A DNA stretch of 64,000 nt, taken from positions 832,001-896,000 of the forward strand of contig CBDEUS010000002.1 in the NCBI GenBank assembly GCA_965243395.1, given 5' to 3'. The position numbers and the translations under genes are program-made. Below are positions 59,841 to 64,000 of the stretch, one piece after another; positions within the stretch are counted from its first letter, which is position 1; each line of letters begins with the position of its first letter. The notes under the pieces were generated by a model. The model saw only the letters and a program-made list of their open reading frames with translations, ran no database searches and was not told where the DNA came from. This stretch comes from Gammaproteobacteria bacterium. GTDB lineage: Bacteria > Pseudomonadota > Gammaproteobacteria > UBA4575.

Positions 59841-59871
59841 ACCCGTGAGTGGTAACGCTCACGGGTTTTTT
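59841..59871 (+). terminator. Rho-independent terminator (plus-strand polarity)
   Basis: ACCCGTGAGTG gtaa CGCTCACGGGT followed by a T-tract. Confidence 0.85.
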
Positions 59872-59875
59872 ATTG

Positions 59876-61375
59876 CTACGTAGTTGTAGGTTCAGGGTAA
59901 AGTTCATCTAACGGAATCGATCGTCCATCAGGGCGAACCATGCGTGCATGGAAGCGGCGCAGTTGACGAGGTTCATGAACCCCGCAAGAGTGTGCAATTA
60001 CCCCCACTTCATGCACCATATTTTGTGCATAGTGTTTTACTCGTTCTGCTTTCAGAACTGGATCTAAACCTGTCTGAAGTTTTTTATTATGTGTCGTGAT
60101 GCCTGTAGGACAGGTGTTTTTATTACATTGCAGAGCTTGAATGCAACCGAGAGAAAACATAAACCCACGAGCAGAGACTACAAAATCAGCGCCAACCGCA
60201 AATGCCCATGCCACTTCTGCAGGAGTGATCAATTTTCCAGAAGTGATGACTTTAATACGATCGCGTAGACCATGCATTTTTAAGCGATCAATCACTAACG
60301 GTAAACTTTCTTCAATAGGTAATCCCATATAATCCATCAAACTCATGGGTGCCGCACCTGTACCACCGTCTGCACTATCAATCGTTATAAAATCTGGCGC
60401 ATTTTCAACACCACGTTTATTAACCGCTTCAAGTAAATTATCAATCCATCCATAAGCACCAATGACAGCTTTAAACCCTACCGGTTTGCCAGTGACATTT
60501 CGTATATGTTCCAGCACATCAAGCAAATCGTCGGCGGAATCTATTTCAGGATGACGATTAGGGCTAATTGAATCTGAACCTGCCGGAATACCACGAATCT
60601 TGGAAATTTCTTGGGTTACTTTTTCTCCTGGGAGAATTCCACCTTTACCTGGTTTTGCTCCCTGGCTTAATTTAAGTTCAAACATTTTTACTTGTTCGTG
60701 AGCCGCAACTTCACGTAGTTTTTCGTCACTTAAATTTCCTTGTTCATCACGTACACCATATTTAGCCGTACCGATTTGAAAAACGATATCTGCACCCCCT
60801 TCCAGGTGATATGGAGACAGTCCGCCTTCACCAGTGTTCATCCAACAGCCTGCCATGCGCGCACCGTTAGAAAGGGCGAGAACCGCCGGTTTTGAAATAG
60901 CTCCATAGCTCATTCCAGAAATATTAAAGATTGAATCTGTTGTATAAGGATGAGCAGTGTATGGGCCAATGGTTACATCACTCGTGGGCGCAGCATCTCT
61001 ATCTAAGGTTGGGAAAGGGCAGTTTACAAATAACACTGTACCCGTAGGGCGTAAGTCTCTTGTTGAGCCAAAGGCTATTGTGTTGTCCAAATCCTTTGCG
61101 GCTCGATAAACCCACGATCGCTCTGCACGGTTAAATGGCAGTTCTTCACGATCCATGGCGAAAAAATATTGACGGAAGAACTCACCTAATTCTTCAAAGA
61201 AATAGCGAAACCGGCCGATAACAGGGAAGTTATGCCGAACTGCGTGAGCAGTTTGGGACTTATCTATGACATATAGAACAATTACGGATAATACGAGAAT
61301 GCCTAAAAGAAAAATAAAAAATAATGCTGCGATTTCAAGAAACTTAATTACAAAAACGGGTAGCTCAGCCATCAT
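59876..61375 (-). CDS. FMN-binding glutamate synthase family protein (stand-alone, N-terminal TM)
   Basis: ISGMSYGAIS, NTGEGG, ELKLSQGAKPGKGGILP, DGGTGAAP, LGCIQALQCNKNTCPTG. Confidence 0.92.
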   Translation of the reverse strand: MMAELPVFVIKFLEIAALFFIFLLGILVLSVIVLYVIDKSQTAHAVRHNFPVIGRFRYFFEELGEFFRQYFFAMDREELPFNRAERSWVYRAAKDLDNTIAFGSTRDLRPTGTVLFVNCPFPTLDRDAAPTSDVTIGPYTAHPYTTDSIFNISGMSYGAISKPAVLALSNGARMAGCWMNTGEGGLSPYHLEGGADIVFQIGTAKYGVRDEQGNLSDEKLREVAAHEQVKMFELKLSQGAKPGKGGILPGEKVTQEISKIRGIPAGSDSISPNRHPEIDSADDLLDVLEHIRNVTGKPVGFKAVIGAYGWIDNLLEAVNKRGVENAPDFITIDSADGGTGAAPMSLMDYMGLPIEESLPLVIDRLKMHGLRDRIKVITSGKLITPAEVAWAFAVGADFVVSARGFMFSLGCIQALQCNKNTCPTGITTHNKKLQTGLDPVLKAERVKHYAQNMVHEVGVIAHSCGVHEPRQLRRFHARMVRPDGRSIPLDELYPEPTTT

Positions 61376-61683
61376 ATCGTCTTCCCCTTTTAAATTATTA
61401 TCGGGTGTGCGTCTTGTGCTAGATGAACGGATTACAGCGTATATTATTACAATCTATTATTCCTTATATCGATTAGACAATAAACAAACCATGACGTTTT
61501 ACTGGCTATTTGTACTCCACAATTTTAGAAGTTTCTTATATTCAAGAAAAATTGCGGAATGCATTACTAAGTCAGAGTACACTTTATAGAAAAATGTAAT
61601 GAAAATTTAAAATTTCGGTCTACTGAATTGAACTTATGGTGATTGATCTACATGAGTGACATAAAAATAAATAGGGAGCTTGT

Positions 61684-63336
61684 ATGAAAGCATCAGATCT
61701 TTTTGTTAAGTGCCTAGAAGAAGAAAATATCGAATACATATTCGGTGTTCCTGGTGAAGAGAATGCTGATTTTATGATTTCGTTAGAAGATTCCAAAAAA
61801 ATAAAATTTATTCTTACACGTCATGAACAAGGTGCAGCTTTCATGGCAGAGATCTATGGCCGACTTACTGGCAACCCCGCGGGCTGTTTAGGAACATTAG
61901 GGCCAGGTGCTACAAATTTAATTACCGGTGTTGCTGATTCAAATATGGATCGAGCCCCTATGCTGGTTTTAACTGGGCAGGGCTCTACATTACGCTTGCA
62001 TAAAGAGTCTCATCAAATCATGGATGTAGTAAAAATGTTTGAGCCTGTTACGAAATGGGCTACCACTGTATTACATCCTGAAACTATTCCTGAAATTATT
62101 CGCAAAGCTGTGCGTGTTGCACGTACCGAAAAACCGGGTGCGGTACATATTGAACTGCCTGAGGATCTTGCGAAAATTGATACGTCCGCAAAACCTATCA
62201 AGCCGCAGCGTTATATGCGTTCAGTTCCGGATGAAGAAGTCATAGATAACGCATTTGAAATTATCGCGAGTAGTAAGCGACCTATTATCCTTGCGGGTAA
62301 TGGTGTGATCCGTAAAGATGCCAGCAAGCAGTTGCGAAAATTTTGCGAACTTACAGATATTGGTGTGATGAGCACCTTTATGGCCAAAGGATGTGTAGAT
62401 AAAGATTCTGAGCATTGTTTATTTACAATTGGATTAGGGAGTCGAGATCGAATGTCATTTTTAATAGATGATGCAGATGTCGTAATCACGCTAGGTTTTG
62501 ATATGGTTGAGTATCATCCGAGTTTATGGAATCCCGGTTGTGATAAAAAAATCATCCATGCGGATTTTTTACCGGCTGAGATTGATCAGCATTATCATCC
62601 ACAGATAGAACTGATTGGTGATCTAGAGCATACCCTTGAAGAATTGAACATACGTGCAAAGTCGCGCGCAAAATTTTTGTACGACACTTCTAAACAAAAA
62701 CAAGTTCGACAAGACATGATTGAAGATCTTGCCGAACATAAAGACGACGACACAAAGGGAAGTGTGCGGCCTCAAAAAGCGCTTTGGGATGCTCGTCAAG
62801 TGTTGGGGCCTGATGATATTTTATTATCCGATGTTGGCGCACACAAAATGTGGATTGCGCGTTATTACCATTGCCATAATCCCAATACATGTTTAATCCC
62901 TAATGGATTCTGCTCAATGGGATTTGCATTGCCGGGTGCAATCGCAGCCAATATGGTGTATCCGGATCGACGCATATTAGGTATTGCTGGAGATGCGGGT
63001 TTTTTAATGAATGTGCAGGAAATGGAAACCGCTAAGCGTTTAAATAGCAATATTGTAATTATGGTCTGGGAGGATCATGAATACGGGTTGATTGCATGGA
63101 AGCAACAAAATGAATTCGGAAAACATACTGATCTTTCATTCCAAAATCCGGATTGGGAGCTGTTGGCGAAATCATTTGGATGGAATGGATATCTTGTAGA
63201 AAACAGTAAAGTTTTACAATCCACGCTAGAAACTGCATTTAATGATGGTGCACCCAGTTTAGTAGTCGTGCCAATTGATTATCGTGAAAACATGTTGCTT
63301 ACTAAACGTCTTGGTGAATTAACCTTACCAATGTAA
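61684..63336 (+). CDS. ThDP-dependent acetolactate-synthase-like enzyme (possibly 2-oxoglutarate decarboxylase)
   Basis: FGVPGEEN, RHEQGAAFMA, TLGPGATNL, SDVGAHKMW, MGFALPGA, GDAGFLMN. Confidence 0.85.
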   Translation: MKASDLFVKCLEEENIEYIFGVPGEENADFMISLEDSKKIKFILTRHEQGAAFMAEIYGRLTGNPAGCLGTLGPGATNLITGVADSNMDRAPMLVLTGQGSTLRLHKESHQIMDVVKMFEPVTKWATTVLHPETIPEIIRKAVRVARTEKPGAVHIELPEDLAKIDTSAKPIKPQRYMRSVPDEEVIDNAFEIIASSKRPIILAGNGVIRKDASKQLRKFCELTDIGVMSTFMAKGCVDKDSEHCLFTIGLGSRDRMSFLIDDADVVITLGFDMVEYHPSLWNPGCDKKIIHADFLPAEIDQHYHPQIELIGDLEHTLEELNIRAKSRAKFLYDTSKQKQVRQDMIEDLAEHKDDDTKGSVRPQKALWDARQVLGPDDILLSDVGAHKMWIARYYHCHNPNTCLIPNGFCSMGFALPGAIAANMVYPDRRILGIAGDAGFLMNVQEMETAKRLNSNIVIMVWEDHEYGLIAWKQQNEFGKHTDLSFQNPDWELLAKSFGWNGYLVENSKVLQSTLETAFNDGAPSLVVVPIDYRENMLLTKRLGELTLPM

Positions 63337-63344
63337 TCGTTACA

Positions 63345-64000
63345 ATGAGCAATAAAAAATATTCTTTAATGCTTCATAAAGCATCCACAGCGGCTGGAGC
63401 AATTGAAGTACATGCTCCTTTTGATCGCAGTGTCATTGCCGAAGTAGAAACAGTTAATGCAGATCATATCGATCAAGCAATGTCTATTGCTTACTCACTC
63501 TATCGCGATAAAAGTAGCTGGATACCTTTGCATAAACGCATCGAGATTCTTGAGAAAACGGCCCAAATAATGACTCAAGAGCAAGAACGCTTGGCAATTG
63601 AAGCTGCGAGAGAAGGGGGTAAACCGCTTATTGATTCAAAAGTTGAAGTTGCACGTGCTATTGATGGTATCCATTTATGTATTGAAACTTTGAAGACAGA
63701 CCAAGGCGAAGTGATTCCCATGGGCATGTCGCTGTCATCTGAAAAACGAATTGCGATTACACAAAAAGAACCCATAGGAGTAGTGGTTGCCGTGAGTGCG
63801 TTCAATCACCCTCTAAACCTAATTGTGCATCAAGTAGCGGCTGCTGTTGCCGCGGGCTGCCCAGTCATAGTTAAACCTGCTGAAGATACTCCAATTTCTT
63901 GCCTGAATTTTGTAAATATTCTCTGGCAAGCAGGCTTGCCTACAGAATGGTGTCAAGCTGTCATTCCTGAAAGTATTGCGGTAGCCGAAAAATTAGTGAC
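63345..64000 (+). CDS. Aldehyde dehydrogenase (5' part, runs off the window)
   Basis: My translation from ATG 63345 gives EGGKPLIDSKVEV..KEPIGVVVAVSAFNHPLNL..AAGCPVIVKPA; absent from the ORF track because no stop falls in the window. Confidence 0.9.
   Translation, partial: MSNKKYSLMLHKASTAAGAIEVHAPFDRSVIAEVETVNADHIDQAMSIAYSLYRDKSSWIPLHKRIEILEKTAQIMTQEQERLAIEAAREGGKPLIDSKVEVARAIDGIHLCIETLKTDQGEVIPMGMSLSSEKRIAITQKEPIGVVVAVSAFNHPLNLIVHQVAAAVAAGCPVIVKPAEDTPISCLNFVNILWQAGLPTEWCQAVIPESIAVAEKLV

Noticed and set aside
61684-63336. Calling this gene ilvB/ilvI
   Set aside because: No regulatory small subunit or ilvC adjacent; it is coupled to an ALDH instead
484-63805. Many short ORFs in the track overlapping longer genes (e.g. 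484-726, 6508-6777, 9647-10003, 17164-17580, 22928-23290, 52238-52585, 63575-63805)
   Set aside because: Antisense or alternate-frame shadows of well-supported genes, with no motifs of their own
1-64000. CRISPR arrays, rRNA, tRNA and IS elements
   Set aside because: No regularly spaced direct repeats, cloverleaf or rRNA-like segments, or transposase motifs recognised by eye; tRNAscan-SE, Infernal and ISEScan would be needed to exclude them formally

Overview
AT-rich bacterial chromosomal segment, most consistent with a sulfur-oxidising gammaproteobacterium (inferred from dsrS, cysG and an Alvin_2107-like gene). I saw no rRNA, tRNA, CRISPR array, transposase or integrase. In order it contains: (i) a MerR regulator fused to a beta-barrel, with twin 19-bp-spacer promoters, then a wHTH gene, a J-domain/Zn-ribbon/PilZ protein and a small metal-handling operon; (ii) a sulfur-oxidation accessory block (Alvin_2107-like, TrpD/YbiB-like, Sel1, AAA ATPase, VWA, DsrS, CysG); (iii) a Crp regulator and two membrane-anchored class III nucleotidyl cyclases with non-canonical base-specificity residues; (iv) porin, PQQ sugar dehydrogenase, BCP, a cobalamin riboswitch-btuB-pduO unit, a MacAB-like exporter and a ROK kinase; (v) a ~30 kb Wzx/Wzy exopolysaccharide locus with five sulfotransferases, a CDP-sugar cassette, two beta-propeller proteins and a circularly permuted Fn3 lipoprotein; (vi) a BtuM-like transporter, an FMN glutamate-synthase-like protein and a ThDP enzyme/aldehyde dehydrogenase pair. 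The best candidate for an undescribed system is a sulfated-EPS pathway under a local cyclic-nucleotide/Crp circuit (TGTGA-N6-TCACA boxes lie in front of several EPS transcription units), possibly with CsrA-type RNA control. All family calls are from motif recognition by eye; no searches were run.
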